The notes: generated from the sequence alone by a model not told the origin. 64,000 bases of DNA from Octopus vulgaris (GCA_951406725.2 OX597823.1:102176001-102240000), one strand, 5' to 3'; shown: positions 40,850-53,839, numbered from the stretch's first letter. Program-made: numbers and translations.

Positions 40850-41079
40850 CAAAATAAGAAAATGGAGAAATACATCGAAATCAAATATCAATTACCAGAT
40901 AATACTCAATCACATACTTTATTAAACCACTACATAAGAAACTATAAGGTTAAACATAATGATGCAGGGTAAAACAGTGTACATGAAGGAGTGTATATAA
41001 AATAGTAATGTTATACAATAAGTAGAATACGTATAATAGAACATAAATATAAGTACACATAAATATAGATATAGACTAT

Positions 41080-41206
41080 ATCTTACAGCTGTTTCGGCCA
41101 TGTAGATAAGCATGTCTCATTCAACTCATATTAGCCATTTATGGTAGGTCAATATGTAGTTATAAATGAGACATTTACAAAAACATCCGAAGGCCTCTTC
41201 GGAGAT
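41080..41206 (-). ncRNA. Hammerhead ribozyme motif (C4 variant, 92-nt stem-II loop)
   Basis: atct-CCGAAGA-ggcc-(92 nt)-ggcc-GAAA-cagctg-TA-agat. Confidence 0.65.
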
Positions 41207-41231
41207 TACAAATTAGATTACATATATATAC

Positions 41232-41356
41232 CTCCGAAGAGGCCTTAGGATGTTTCTGTAAATGTCTCATTTATAACTACACATTGACCTACCATAAATG
41301 GCTAATATGAGTTGAATGAGACATGCTTATCTACATGGCCGAAACAGCTGTAAGAT
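41232..41356 (+). ncRNA. Hammerhead ribozyme motif (C4 variant, 92-nt stem-II loop)
   Basis: ct-CCGAAGA-ggcc-(41245-41336)-ggcc-GAAA-cagctg-TA-ag; the 5' strand of stem I is truncated at the junction. Confidence 0.6.
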
Positions 41357-41780
41357 ATAGTCTATATTTATATTTATGTGTACTTATATATATGTTCTAT
41401 TATACGTATTCTACTTATTGTATAACATTACTATTTTATATACACTCCTTCATGTACACTGTTTTACCCTGCATTATTATGTTTAACCTTATAGTTTCTT
41501 ATGTAGTGGTTTAATAAAGTATGTGATTGAGTATTATCTGGTAATTGATATTTGATTTCGATGTATTTCTCCATTTTCTTATTTTGTATTATGAATTTGT
41601 GGTAAAACATTTTGCCCATATAATACAATATAATACATTTTGCCCATATAATACAATAAATGAATTAATTGTATCGCAATTCTTAACATTTATGTATTAA
41701 CTTTGTTGGGTACCTCACTAGCAGTATATTGGATATATGGTATCCCATGGTGGGTTGCATTTACAACCCCTATCTCAATT

Positions 41781-41849
<69 letters not shown>

Positions 41850-41896
41850 AAAATGTCAAGATAGAAAATGCTAAAATAATTTTATAAAAAACATTT

Positions 41897-41932
41897 CAGT
41901 ACCGGTTTCAGTCATTGAGACTTTTTCAACTG
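41897..41932 (-). ncRNA. Minimal hammerhead ribozyme with U3-A8 covariant core
   Basis: cag-TTGAAAA-agtc-tcaat-gact-GAAA-ccgg-TA-ctg; C3>U and G8>A together preserve the 3-8 pair. Confidence 0.6.
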
Positions 41933-42269
41933 TAACAATTAAACAATTAAATTTAGAAAAATTAAAAGAAAACTTTTTTTAAAAGAATTTTTGTATAGTG
42001 TTCAAATACAAGTGGCATTTTCCTTGTTTCTGTCTGTCTCTGTCTCTCTTGTTTACTCTTGTGGGTTCGAGGTCGTTGTGAATTCTTGGTAGGGAAGAAG
42101 ATGAAAAAGAAGAAAAAGAAGAAGAAGAAGAAGAAGAAGAAGAAGAAGAAGAAGAAGAAGAAGAAGAAGAAGAAGAAGAAGAAGGAGGAGGAGGAGGACG
42201 AGGAGGAGGGGGAGGAGAATGTGGGAGTGCCATGACAGTAGTATTTTGAATGATCAGCAAATGACCCAC

Positions 42270-42507
42270 AGTGGATTTGGTTTGCAAGATTCTTTATATG
42301 AGTTTGTGTGCTGAAGCATATTCTGTTGTGTCTGGGGAGAGTCATTTTCTTTTTGTGCCTTATTATGTAACACATTCACCGGTAAAATTTCCACTTTTTT
42401 CTTATTTTCATTGTCCTAAAATTTTCGGTGCGTCTTGCAACCTTTTACTGGTGAGTGTGTTACATTATAAGGCACAAAAAGAAAATGACTCTCCCCAGAT
42501 ACAACAG
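42270..42507. repeat. Interspersed repeat with 65-bp inverted duplication
   Basis: 42323-42387 is the reverse complement of 42443-42507; ends at a TA run; non-palindromic sibling at 19620-19772. Confidence 0.8.
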
Positions 42508-42529
42508 TATATATATATATATAATATAT

Positions 42530-43100
42530 TAATAAATAAAACATATGCATATATACATACACATATGTACGTACCCACCTCTACATGTATATATACACGC
42601 ATATATGAGTACAGGACACCAAAAATACGTCGAACACAATGAGAAACGAAAACATAGACACAAAACCAAGGAACTGGACATTTTTCTTAAACAACAAAAA
42701 AATAGAGTACAGGACAAATAACACAAGGAAAAAACACCTTCTTCAGTCGCCATGGTTTCATCTACTCTGCGTTTCGAAGGTGAATGCGAGACGCATCTTC
42801 GATAGAAACTTTCCTTCCTGCGAAAAGCAAATCAAATAAAATTTGAGATCTTTTTGCAGAGGGGTAAAAACGGTAACAAAAACAGGACAGTAACGACAGT
42901 ACAAAATATAAGCAGTAAAAGACAGGACAGGGAAAATAACAAGACAAGAATGGCTGTTAAGCCGAACGAAAAAAAGTATTACGAACGCTATTTCTGTGGA
43001 CGGCGAAGGGAGCAAAGAAAATTGCCGTCCACACCTCAAGAAGGTCAGGCGAGAAAGAAGGTGGCAAGGCTCTCGTCGCGGGTTAACGGCGGGAGGGAGG
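42530..43100 (-). mobile_element. Split-HHR-motif repeat family, longer copy
   Basis: Homologous to 34180-34446 and 45098-45371; its distal part resembles 51390-51490. Confidence 0.65.
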
Positions 43101-43134
43101 AGGAGGAGTAAATAATATATAAATTCAACAAGAA

Positions 43135-43552
43135 TTTCCGGCGGTGCATGATTCGTTTGTCACTGTTATTTATGACAACCCTAAACCTAAAACCCTAACC
43201 CTAACCCTAAAACCTTAACCCTAACCCTAACCCAAAAACCTTAAAGCTAAAACCAGTACAAATGAATGAACGATGTCATAAATAACAGTGACAAACAAAA
43301 AGTACACCACCGATAATTGTTGTTGACAAACAACGGCAGTAATTTTATTCGGCTGAATACACGTCATTGATTGGTTGAAATTACCGAAATACAAGAACTT
43401 TAACGTGAAATAACTTTGTAAATATAAGTTTTTCTTCAAAAATGCTAAGAGTAAAAGATGTTTTATATGACACGTTCTACCAGTGTCCGAAGTTTGAAAG
43501 TATTTAGTTACAAAAAATTATTTTTTAAATCTGTCGGTCAAAAGGTAAAGAT
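43135..43552. mobile_element. Non-autonomous DNA-transposon-like element with internal (CCCTAA)n framed by a 23-bp inverted repeat
   Basis: gtttgtcactgttatttatgaca (43155-43177) / tgtcataaataacagtgacaaac (43274-43296) enclosing degenerate CCCTAA repeats. Confidence 0.5.
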
Positions 43553-43555
43553 GGA

Positions 43556-44268
43556 AAACCTATTTTAAGCTTCGAATTGTGCTCCATATTGCTTTCTCGA
43601 CTGGAAAAAGACCATTTTTGCATCAAATCATTACTTGTGATGAGAAATGGATAAAAGTATGAGAACAGGACAGTGATTAGATGCAGGAGAGCCACCTAAA
43701 CACAACTCAAACCCACCATTTCACCCTAAAAAGTTAGTGGTCACTGTATGGTGGTCTGCGAAGGGAGTTATTCATTATTCATTTTTGCAATAAGGAAAAA
43801 CGGTAACAGCAATTGCCAGCAAATTGATTGTATGCATGAGAATTAGAAAAAGAAGCAACCCAGACTAGTGAATAGAGATGGCCCAATTTTGCTGCACGAC
43901 AATGCACGTCCTCACAATCCTAAAGCTACGGTCCAAAAGTTGCAAAACCTGAATTATGAGATTTTGCAGCATCCTCCCTATTGCCCTGATATCTCTTCTA
44001 CTGATCATCATTTATTTAAGCATTTTGGGCTTTTCATAAGCAATAAAACATTCTTAAATAGAGAAGAGGTAATTGAAGCATTCGGAGAGTTTATCACAGC
44101 AAAAGAGGAATCTTTTTTTAAAGATGGAATATGTGACATAGAGAAACGTTGGGTAAACGTAATGAATGAACATGGATCATACTTTGATTAAATAAATCAG
44201 TTGCGTGACACGTTTGAAACATCTCATTGTTACCTTTCAGATACAACATTTCATGTGAAACAACCTAA
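43556..44268 (+). mobile_element. 5'-truncated mariner (DD34D) transposon relic
   Basis: FLHQIITCDEKWI, HPKKLVVTVWWSAKG, LLHDNARPH, HPPYCPDISSTDHHLF; ends in TIR-like caacctaa followed by TA. Confidence 0.88.
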
Positions 44269-44359
44269 TATATATATGTACTTATATTTATATATAGACA
44301 CACACTCATAAAAATATTTTTATACATATTCACGCTTAGATACGTGTGTATGTGCGTGC

Positions 44360-44404
<45 letters not shown>

Positions 44405-44639
44405 TGTGTGCGTGCGTGTGTGTGACGCTCTATTTTTATATTGTATTTGACAAGAGTGATTGACGATTGTGTCTAAAAATTAGGGTGAAATTAATTTAAA
44501 CAATGAGACATACAAAATCAAATTAAGAAATACATAATATTATTAATATATATTACCCAGACTTAGGCTTAAGTTTCATGCATTTCACAACAATCATATA
44601 TATGTGTGTGTGTGGGTGTATTGTGTGTACGTGTATATG

Positions 44640-44694
<55 letters not shown>

Positions 44695-44779
44695 ATGTGT
44701 GTGTGTATGTGTGTGTGAGTGTGTATATGTGTATATCTTCGTGTCTGTGTTTGCCCTACTACCGATTGACAACTGATTC

Positions 44780-44955
44780 GTTTCTACTCTAGGCACAAGT
44801 CCCGAAATTTTGGGGGTTGTGGGGCAATCGATTACATCGACCCCAGTACGAAACTGGTACTTAATTTATCGACCCCGAAAGGATGAAAGGCAAAGTCGAC
44901 CTCGGCGGAATTTGAACTCAGAACGTAAAGACAGACGGAATACCGCTAAGCATGC
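44780..44955 (-). mobile_element. SINE family A
   Basis: aactggtacttaatttatcgaccccgaaaggatgaaaggcaaagtcgacctcggcggaatttgaactcagaacg. Confidence 0.85.
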
Positions 44956-44988
44956 TGTACACGTTTCATGACGTCCTGTACCCACATA

Positions 44989-45027
<39 letters not shown>

Positions 45028-45097
45028 GTACTTGGAGAATAAGAACGGAACGAAACGAACGAATCGAATCGAATCGACGCGAGGGCGCTGTCAAACA

Positions 45098-47139
45098 ATA
45101 GTGTAATAAATAAAATATATGCATACATACAAACATATATGTACGTACCTACATCTACATGTATATATACATGCATATATAAATATATATACGTGAGTAC
45201 AGGACACCACAACTAGACGTAGAACTCAACGAGAAACGAAAACGGAAAAACAAGCATGGAATAAACCATTTTTTTACAACAGAAAAACAGAGTACAAGAC
45301 AAACTACACAAGGAAAAATCCCCTTCATCAGCTGTCTCTAGTTCAACTCTAGCGTGTTTCGAAGGTAAGACCGAAAGAAAAAATATAACACAAACAGGAC
45401 GTAAAAACGATACAAATAAAAATACAAAATAAAATACAAGATAAAAATACATGTACAAGAAAATACAATACGAGAAATAAAAATAATAAACAAGAAACAT
45501 TTTTTCTTTCATTTTTTTCTTTCTTTGTTTTTACCCCTCTGCGAAGTAATTTTATTTTAATTCTCTCGCAGGAAGGGCTAGTTTTACGAGTCGTGTTCTG
45601 TCTTACCTTCGAAACACGCTAGAGTTGAACTAGAGATAGCCGATGAAGGGGATTTTTCCTTGTGTAGTTTGTCTTGTACTCTGTTTTTCTGTTGTAAAAA
45701 AATGGTTTGTTCCATGCTTGTTTTTCCGTTTTCGTTTCTCGTTGAGTTCTACGTCTAGTTGTGGTGTCCTGTACTCACGTATATATATTTATATACGAGG
45801 GGCGTTCAATAAGTAATGCCCCTGACCCACTTCCCAAAGCAGTAGAGCAACGACACTTGGCACAGTTATTAGTCTTTTCCTACATAGGAACTACCCAGAG
45901 TTATGCATTTCTCCCATCGTTTGATACAGCTCTGGAGACCGTTTTTGTAGAAGACCCCAGCTTGGTCCTCCAACCACGACGTGACTTCAGAAATCAAGGC
46001 TGCATCATCTGGGAAACGCTTTCCTTTCAAAATCAACTTCATGGTTGGGAAGAGGTGAAAATCAGAGGGTGCAAGGGGAGGAGTTCATAGCTGCACGCCT
46101 GTGCTTCTGATCTGGCGACACGCGAGTTGTGGACCGGAGCGTTGTCCTGCAGGAGGAGGATGCCTTTGCTTATCTTGCCCCGCCTCTTGATTTTGATAGC
46201 TTCTCTTAATTTCCTCAAAAGTGAAGCATAATAGGCTCCTGTAACTGTGGTACCCTTTGCCAGGAAATCTGTCATCACTACTCAGTCCTGGTCCCAGAAG
46301 ACTGTGAGCATAACCTTGTCAGCGGAGGGCTGCACCCTTGCCTTCTTTGGAGGAGGTGAGTCACGGTGCTTTCACTGCATTGACTGGGCTTTGGTCTATG
46401 GATCATAGTGATAGACCCAGGTTTTACCCTGTGTGATCAGTCTTTTGAAACATTTTGACTCATCTTCTTGGCACATCTCCAAATTCATCCTCGAGCTCTC
46501 AACGCGTTCTTGCTTCTGGAAAGGTGTGAGCAACCTGGAAATCCATCTGGCAGACACCTTTTGCATATGCAAATGGTCATGAATGATAGTTTCCACAGAC
46601 CCGGTACTAATCTTGACCTTATGGGCTATTTGGCGAATAGTTATGCGTTGACCTTCCAAAATGGCAGCCTCAACTTGACGGACAGATGCCTCATCAACGG
46701 CAGAAGGGGGCGACCAGATCTGGGAGCTGTTTCCACAGAGTTCCGACTATGTTTGAATTCACAATGCCAGCGTTTTACAAGGTCATATGATGGGGCATCA
46801 TCACCATAAGTTACTTTCATTTCATCAAAAGTCTCCCGTGGTGTGCGTCCTTTCAAATACAAAAACCAGATCACTGCTCGACACTCAACAGGCTCCATTT
46901 CACACTTGACTCAGTTCAAACACCTGTAAATCAGAAACCACAATTAGTTCAGAGCTGTAATTCGCTACTTAATCTATAGAGGTATAAATAAGTGCACATG
47001 CAAAATTTCAGCTAGATCAAACAACTGCAAGTGGGTCAGGGGCATTACTTATTGAACGCCCCTCGTATGCATGTATATATACATGTAGATGTAGGTACGT
47101 ACATATATGTTTGTATGTATGCATATATTTTATTTATTA

Positions 47140-47145
<6 letters not shown>
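45098..47145. mobile_element. Palindromic split-HHR element whose right arm is interrupted by a mariner
   Basis: 45098-45371 is the reverse complement of 45600-45795 plus 47066-47145, with about 3 differences. Confidence 0.85.
45796..47065 (-). mobile_element. Full-length mariner (irritans-like), inactive transposase
   Basis: TIRs CGAGGGGCGTTCAATAAGTAATGCCCCTGACCCACTT at both ends, TA TSD, 1270 bp; transposase pieces MEPVECRAVIWFL (46898), ARWISRLLT, WVYHYDP, LQDNAPVH, LAPSDFHLF, with frameshifts. Confidence 0.95.
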
Positions 47146-47169
<24 letters not shown>

Positions 47170-47173
<4 letters not shown>

Positions 47174-47315
47174 AGAGTTTACGAAAAAAAAACAAAAGAC
47201 GAAGACAGGTGGTGTACAAAACAAACAGATGTATTAGTATAACGCTCGGGAATAGAAAAAGGCTTTTACGTTTCGAGCCTACGCTCTTCTATACAAAAAA
47301 CAAGGAGAGAAACAA

Positions 47316-47320
<5 letters not shown>
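47170..47320 (-). mobile_element. Short element in (TA)n with decayed minimal hammerhead (sibling of 8165-8385)
   Basis: Minus strand 47264-47298: tttt-gtataGA-a-gagc-gtag-gctc-GAAA-cg-TA-aaag. Confidence 0.55.
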
Positions 47321-47379
<59 letters not shown>

Positions 47380-47403
47380 GTATACATGTATGCACATATA
47401 CGC

Positions 47404-47445
<42 letters not shown>

Positions 47446-47990
47446 TATTAAACATCAACATATAGGGAATAAATAGAAGACAGGATTTCAATATTTGCCA
47501 ATATACTGTTAACTTGTTGTTTCTTTGTTGAACGAATTGTTAATGGAATGAGGAGAAAGATGTGTTTTGAAAACATTTCCACGGTTCTAAGATTGCTTAA
47601 TGGTAGGGTCTGTTTTGAGTATCAGTTACAGTGGTTGGCTCTTGCAATTCGTTAAGGATGAGGAATGGGGAGAGGTAGAGTGTGAGAGAAAGTTAAGAGG
47701 AGAGACGGAAGCAGCGAAATAGAAATGGAAGATTTTGAGAGGATGGCAGGGAAAGAATGATGTGAGGGAGAGAAAAGAGGACAAAAAGAGAAACAGAGAG
47801 AGAGGAATAGATGGTCAATAAACTGAAAGCTATAAATGAAGAAATCAACAGAGGAACGGATAAACAACGGGGGAGTGAGAAAGAGAAAGAGAGAAGGCGA
47901 ATATGTACATATATATATATATATAATATATATATATAATATAAATAATATATAAATGCATGCATATATACATATATATATGTAATATAC

Positions 47991-48032
<42 letters not shown>

Positions 48033-48558
48033 GTATATGTATATATATATCATTCCCTCACTCTCTCTCTCTCCTATACACGCACAAATCTACATACTTG
48101 CATGCATATATATTCGCGCGCGCACACATCCGTTGCTTTTAACGAACAGCAGAAAGAAAAAAACACTCATTACCTACACCGTATTTATGTATGCATAAAT
48201 GTATATACGTGTCTATCTATATGCATATATGCATATATATATAAATACACGCACGCGCGCACACAAACACAAACACACACACACACGCACACGCACACAC
48301 ACACAAACACAAACACATGCGCGCGCATACTCACACACTTGAAAAATTAAGACAAAGAAGAAAAGAAAGGAAGGAAAATGAGAGGGAGAGAGAGAAAGAG
48401 GGAGCTGGGAAAACAGAAACATGAAAGCAGGCAAGGATTGTAAGATATTTCGGAAGATGATACTTTGAATTTTCAAATAACTCTTCTGAACTATTTGAAA
48501 CTCTGGAAAAATAAGAACTGCCAAAAGAATGTTTTCATACAGTTAGCTTTTATATAAA

Positions 48559-48927
48559 CTAGCAGTATCGCCCGGCGTTGCTCGGGTTTGTTTCGACCCT
48601 TTAGAATTGGAATTTTTGAAAAGTAAAAGTTTTGCATTTAAGTGAACATTTTTCTGGTTGAAATACACCGAAAAATGGCGACACAGCAGTCAAAAAATCG
48701 TAAAAAATAGGGATTTCCATAGGAAAAAAAGCACCTTTTTGGTGTAAATAATTTTTGGTCTTAACATGGTCCGATTTGAATTTTATCTTCTACGAAAGGA
48801 AGAGCAAGCCTTCTTCTATCATACTCTCAATTTTGGTCAACTTGCGCCGCAGGGTCTCGGAGGACATAGTGTTAGTTGGAGGCTACCAAACCTGCCACAC
48901 ACAGACAATTTCAGCTTTATATATATA
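48559..48927 (-). mobile_element. Non-autonomous Helitron-like element
   Basis: a-CTAG then hairpin cccggcgttgctcggg at the left end; cacacagacaatttcagctttatatatata at the right end. Confidence 0.6.
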
Positions 48928-49127
48928 TTGATTATCTCAGACCCACTGGAGGAGCCATCGACTGTATCTATACCAGTGATCTCCATTTATTATTTTTTTT
49001 ACACTACAGACTGGTTTCATGCAAGACAAATTTTCCACTGTCCGAGAGACAACGCGCATAACAAAACACAATAAAGTGCATAATACATAATTTAATTATT
49101 ACATATATTATTCGTATATATTGCATA

Positions 49128-49575
49128 TATAATCCTTTCTACAATAACTACAAGATGTGAAATTTGCGGGGGAAGGGCGAGTCGATTATATCGACCCCCA
49201 ATGTTTCACTGGTACTTATTTCATCAATCCCGAAAGGATGAGGGGCAAAGTCGATCTCGGCAGAATTTGAACTCAGAATTTGAAGTGAACAAAAGGCCAA
49301 TAACCATATTGTCCAGCTTGCTAAAAGTTCTGAAAGCTCGCCTCCTTACATATATAAAATTGGTTTCAAATCTTGGCACAAGATCAGTGATTTCAGGGAA
49401 GAGGTTAAGTCGATTACATCAACCTCAGTGGTCTACTGAGATTGATGTTTTATCGACCTCAAAAGGACAAAAGGCAAGACGACCTCGGCAGAATTTGAAC
49501 TCAGAACGGTAAGACGGACGAAATGCCACTAAGCGTTTTGTCCGGCGTGCTAAAAGTTCTGCCAGCTCGCCTCCT
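49128..49575 (-). mobile_element. Two adjacent SINE family A copies
   Basis: ctggtacttatt..ctcggcagaatttgaactcagaa present twice; ttctgccagctcgcc head. Confidence 0.75.
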
Positions 49576-50779
49576 TACATATATAATAATACTTATATAT
49601 TTGGAGAAAGATAAACAAAACAAAGCAAAAAAACACCGCAGATTGTAATAGTGAATAAAATAGATATTAAAATTTGAAAAGATTTAAATAATATTAAAAA
49701 ATGTTATTCTTCCTGTTCGGCCCTGTGTCAAAGGATCCACGATCCGGTGTCTGCAACCCTGTGGTTGGAAAGTCAAATTGCAACCAACTCTCCTTCAGAT
49801 TCTGTTGCATAGCTAGGGTTGGGTGAGGTTGGAGGTCCGCCCTGGTCGACGCTTTTATGGGTGGGGGACACTTTTAGGTCAGCCGTATTAGCTTGTATAG
49901 GATAGCAGGCGTCCATGAAGAGGTGGAAAATTCAAGGTCTGCCTCGGCCGATACACATTCTAACTACGACTGTACTCAAATTACAACCTGTTGATATAGA
50001 CAATGTAAGCCCAAAATATACATAAGGGAAACAAATGTCATTAAAGAAACCCTTTGAATCATTAAACCAGGGCAAACTTAGGTTTACCGATGGCGACGAC
50101 AACAACGACAATAACAGCAACAACTTAACAAACCATTGAATGTGCTCCATCGTGGTTGCTCAAACTGCTGTAAATAGTCTTCTATTAAACAATACTCTAC
50201 TATTACATTGGGGACTAGAAAATATTTGCATTTGTAGGTAACACTTATATATTTCTCAACAAATTTCATACATACATACATACATACATACATACATACA
50301 TACATACATACATACATACATACATACATACATAATTACGTGTATATATATTTGTATATTTATATGTAAACACACACACACAAACACATAGCCCCCCCTC
50401 CACATATCGTTTTGTATTTGGTTTGCAAGATTATAGATGCAAATACATTACATACATATGTATGTGTGTATACACACACACATACACACACACACACACA
50501 CACGCACATTTATATATATAACATTCATATACGGATTATATAAATGCATTGAATCTATAAACGTATAATTGAATTTTTGTGGTTTTAAAAAAGCCTGCCT
50601 GTTTTGGAATTGAATTTCACCAGATTATGGAACAATTATTTTATATAATTAGTTGATTGCTTGGCATTGAGAAGGAATCTGAAGCTTAATTTCTCATTAA
50701 GGTTTATAAATTATATTGGCCGTGGCTCCTGTATTATTTTATCCGCTTTCCAGGTCTTCATAATAGAATATTATATTAC

Positions 50780-50847
<68 letters not shown>

Positions 50848-51289
50848 TTTCGTATATACATCCTTTTATAAATATACAAGTAAACGCATAATTACATATA
50901 TGTATACAAGTATAAATACACTTATGCATGTATATAGTGCATGCATTCTTGATGCATACATACAATCATACATGCGTATATACATAGATGAAGAGCTACG
51001 GATGTACATCAAGCATGGGATGTGCGTAGATACACAGAATAGGCAACAGGCAAATATAAAATACACTGTCGACAAAAGGCTTTTCTTTTGTTCGAGACAA
51101 TGCGTAAAATTTCTTAGACAAGAAAACTATTTGCTTTTATATTCTTTTACTTGTATCAGTCATTAGACTGCAGCCATGCTGGGGCACCGTCTTGAGGTAT
51201 TTTAATGGAACTAATCGATCCCAGTACTTATTTTGAAGCTTGATACTTATTCAATTGTTCTCTTATACCGGACCTCTAAATTAAGGAAA

Positions 51290-52060
51290 ACAAGACAAAC
51301 AACATAAAGTACATAAAGAACGACCCTTCATCAGTTGTTGGCTGTTTTTCTACTCTCGTATTTCGAGCATTTAACAACAATATACGCTTTCGATGAAACA
51401 GTTGCTTCCGCAAAGCAAATTAAATAAAATTTGGGATTTTGAGGAGAGTCAAAATTGATAACATAAACAGGACAGTGAAAACAAACAGGAAGGGCTGCAA
51501 AGCCTAAACGAGGTTGTGGTGGCGAACGCGTAAATCAAGTAGGACTAGAGACAGACAAGGACACATCTTCCTTGTTCCACCTACAACGGAAAGAAAAAAG
51601 AAACACAATTTAGAAGAAGAAAGAAAGATGGCCGATGCACACGTGGGATCCACAAGAGCAAGGGAGGAGGAGTGAGTGAGTGAGAGAGAGTGACAGGATA
51701 GAATAGTAGGAGAAGAGGAGATAAAAGAATAAGAGAGAGAAGGAGAGAAAAACGAAAGAGTAAAAAGATCGTATAGAGTGCGCATCAGAATTATTAAGAT
51801 AAAACTTACTTGGAAGAAGATGTGTGGTGTTCAATCATGTAATAATATAAATAATATATATATATATATATATTCATATATACATACGTATATGTACATA
51901 CATCTATACGTATATATATATATGTGCATATGTGGGTACAGGACGTCATGAAGCGTATATAACAAAAAATACGAAGTACGAATACATGGAATGTGAACTA
52001 TTTTATCGAACAACGAAAGACACAAATGGAAAACAAAACAACCAATGTAAAGAACATAAA
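51290..52060 (-). mobile_element. Split-HHR-motif repeat family fragments (tandem)
   Basis: cccttcatcag..tttcgag at about 51324-51367; tgggtacaggacgtc block at about 51930. Confidence 0.5.
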
Positions 52061-52379
52061 GAACGTGCTCACGTGACTCTCACATGACCATCGGCCATCT
52101 TTCTTTCTTCTCCTAACACTGAGGACACTGCAGCAACGTAAAATGAATGTTGCTCAGGAACACGACACATCACTCGGTCCGGGAATTGAACAATTAAGCC
52201 ACGTATTTTAGCCCATTTATTTTTCCCTGTATGTAGAAAGTAAATTTGACTTTGGTAAGATTTGAACTTAAAGCACAAAGTGCTGGAACGAACACCGCAT
52301 GGCATTCTTCGGATGCTGCAACGATTTTACCAAATCGTCACCGTACAGAAGAATAAATAAATATATAAACATTGAAATA

Positions 52380-52745
52380 TTCTTTTCTACTCTAGACACA
52401 AGGGGAGGGGGCCAGTCGATTAGATCGACCCCAATACACAACTGGTACTTAATTTATCGACCCTGAAAGGAGGAAAGCAAAGTTTACCTCGGCAGAATTT
52501 GAACTCAGAACATAAAGACAGACGATATATCTATTTCTTTATTACCCACAAGGGGCTAAACACAGAGGGGACAAACAAGGACAGATATCGACCCCAGTGC
52601 GTAACTGGTACTTAATTTATCGACCCCGAAAGGATGAAAGGCAAAGTCGACCTCGGCGGAATTTGAACTTAGGACGTAATGGCAGACGAAATACGGCTAC
52701 GCATTTCGCCCCGCGTGCTAACGTTTCTGCCAGTTCGCCGCCTTA
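52380..52745 (-). mobile_element. SINE family A, dimeric copy
   Basis: Reverse-complement architecture of 4049-4440, including the linker tatttctttattacccacaaggggctaaacacagagg. Confidence 0.82.
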
Positions 52746-53052
52746 TAAACATTTAAATATTGTTTTTTTGTTGTTTTTTTTTTTTAAAACTGTTATTTAA
52801 ATTGATTTTAATATTTCAGCTATCAAAAGTGGCACGCCGGGCAAAATGCTTAATGGCATTTCATCTTTCTTTACCTTAGTTCAAATTCCCCAGAGGTCAA
52901 CTTTACCGTTCGTCCTTTCGAAATCGATAAAATAAGTATCAGTTCAACACTGAGATCGATATAATCGACTAACCCCACCCCGATATTGGTGGTTTTGTGA
53001 CAAAATTTGAAACCAATATCTGAAAGTATACAGAAACACGCGCGCATGCACG

Positions 53053-53084
<32 letters not shown>

Positions 53085-53261
53085 CATTCTAATTTATTTA
53101 AATATAAATACCTGCAAAAAAAAGAAGAGGAAAGCCACAGGGATATGTCATGAAGTAAAAGACATAAATAATGCATACGGACACATACATTCAAAATGGA
53201 GCCGTTTTGAATTTGTCGTATTGCCAAAAGAAGAAGTAGTTGAATATTTTGTTCAACCCCT

Positions 53262-53311
<50 letters not shown>

Positions 53312-53476
53312 GTATGAATGTATTTACGTATGTGTAAATACATATACCTATGTATATGTACACGCATAAATATATGCATATTAGTATGTTTTGTGTGTAT
53401 ATATATGCATGCATTCATGCATACTGACTGACATATATATATACATACACTACATATATATGTACGCATGCTTATA

Positions 53477-53542
<66 letters not shown>

Positions 53543-53839
53543 TATACTGACTTGCATGGCTCTATCCACTTCTAGTTTTGTCTTACGTTGGTAAAACTCT
53601 TTCATTGATAATAAGATTGACGCAAATAAAGGAATCCTCTTATACATCATCATCATCGTTTACATCATCAGTTTCTGACAATATTTTTCCCCACTTTGAG
53701 CAATTCACAAACAAATGTACCATTCATGACCTAAAACGGGCAACTAAAAATATCTTTAGCTTGTTCTTATTTATTCTAATTTATTGTTTCCCTGTTTTGC
53801 AAAATACACCAATATCTAAAAGCACTAACATCGAAACAG

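Larger units (their letters stand above)
40847..41783 (+). mobile_element. Non-coding foldback element: 358-bp inverted arms, each with a hammerhead, plus a unique 3' tail
   Basis: 40847-41204 is the reverse complement of 41232-41589 with about 6 differences; 27-bp spacer; tail to 41783; flanked by (TG)n and (TA)n. Confidence 0.85.

Noticed and set aside
40847-41589. A/G differences between arms as fossil A-to-I editing
   Set aside because: Few sites and in both directions; compatible with ordinary transitions.
43178-43250. True telomere or chromosome fusion site
   Set aside because: Short, degenerate, single orientation and enclosed in an element-like inverted repeat.
49004-49043. Minus-strand GAAA-ccag-TC-tgt hammerhead-like 3' half
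   Set aside because: The 5' core (gtggaaa) and stem II are too degenerate.
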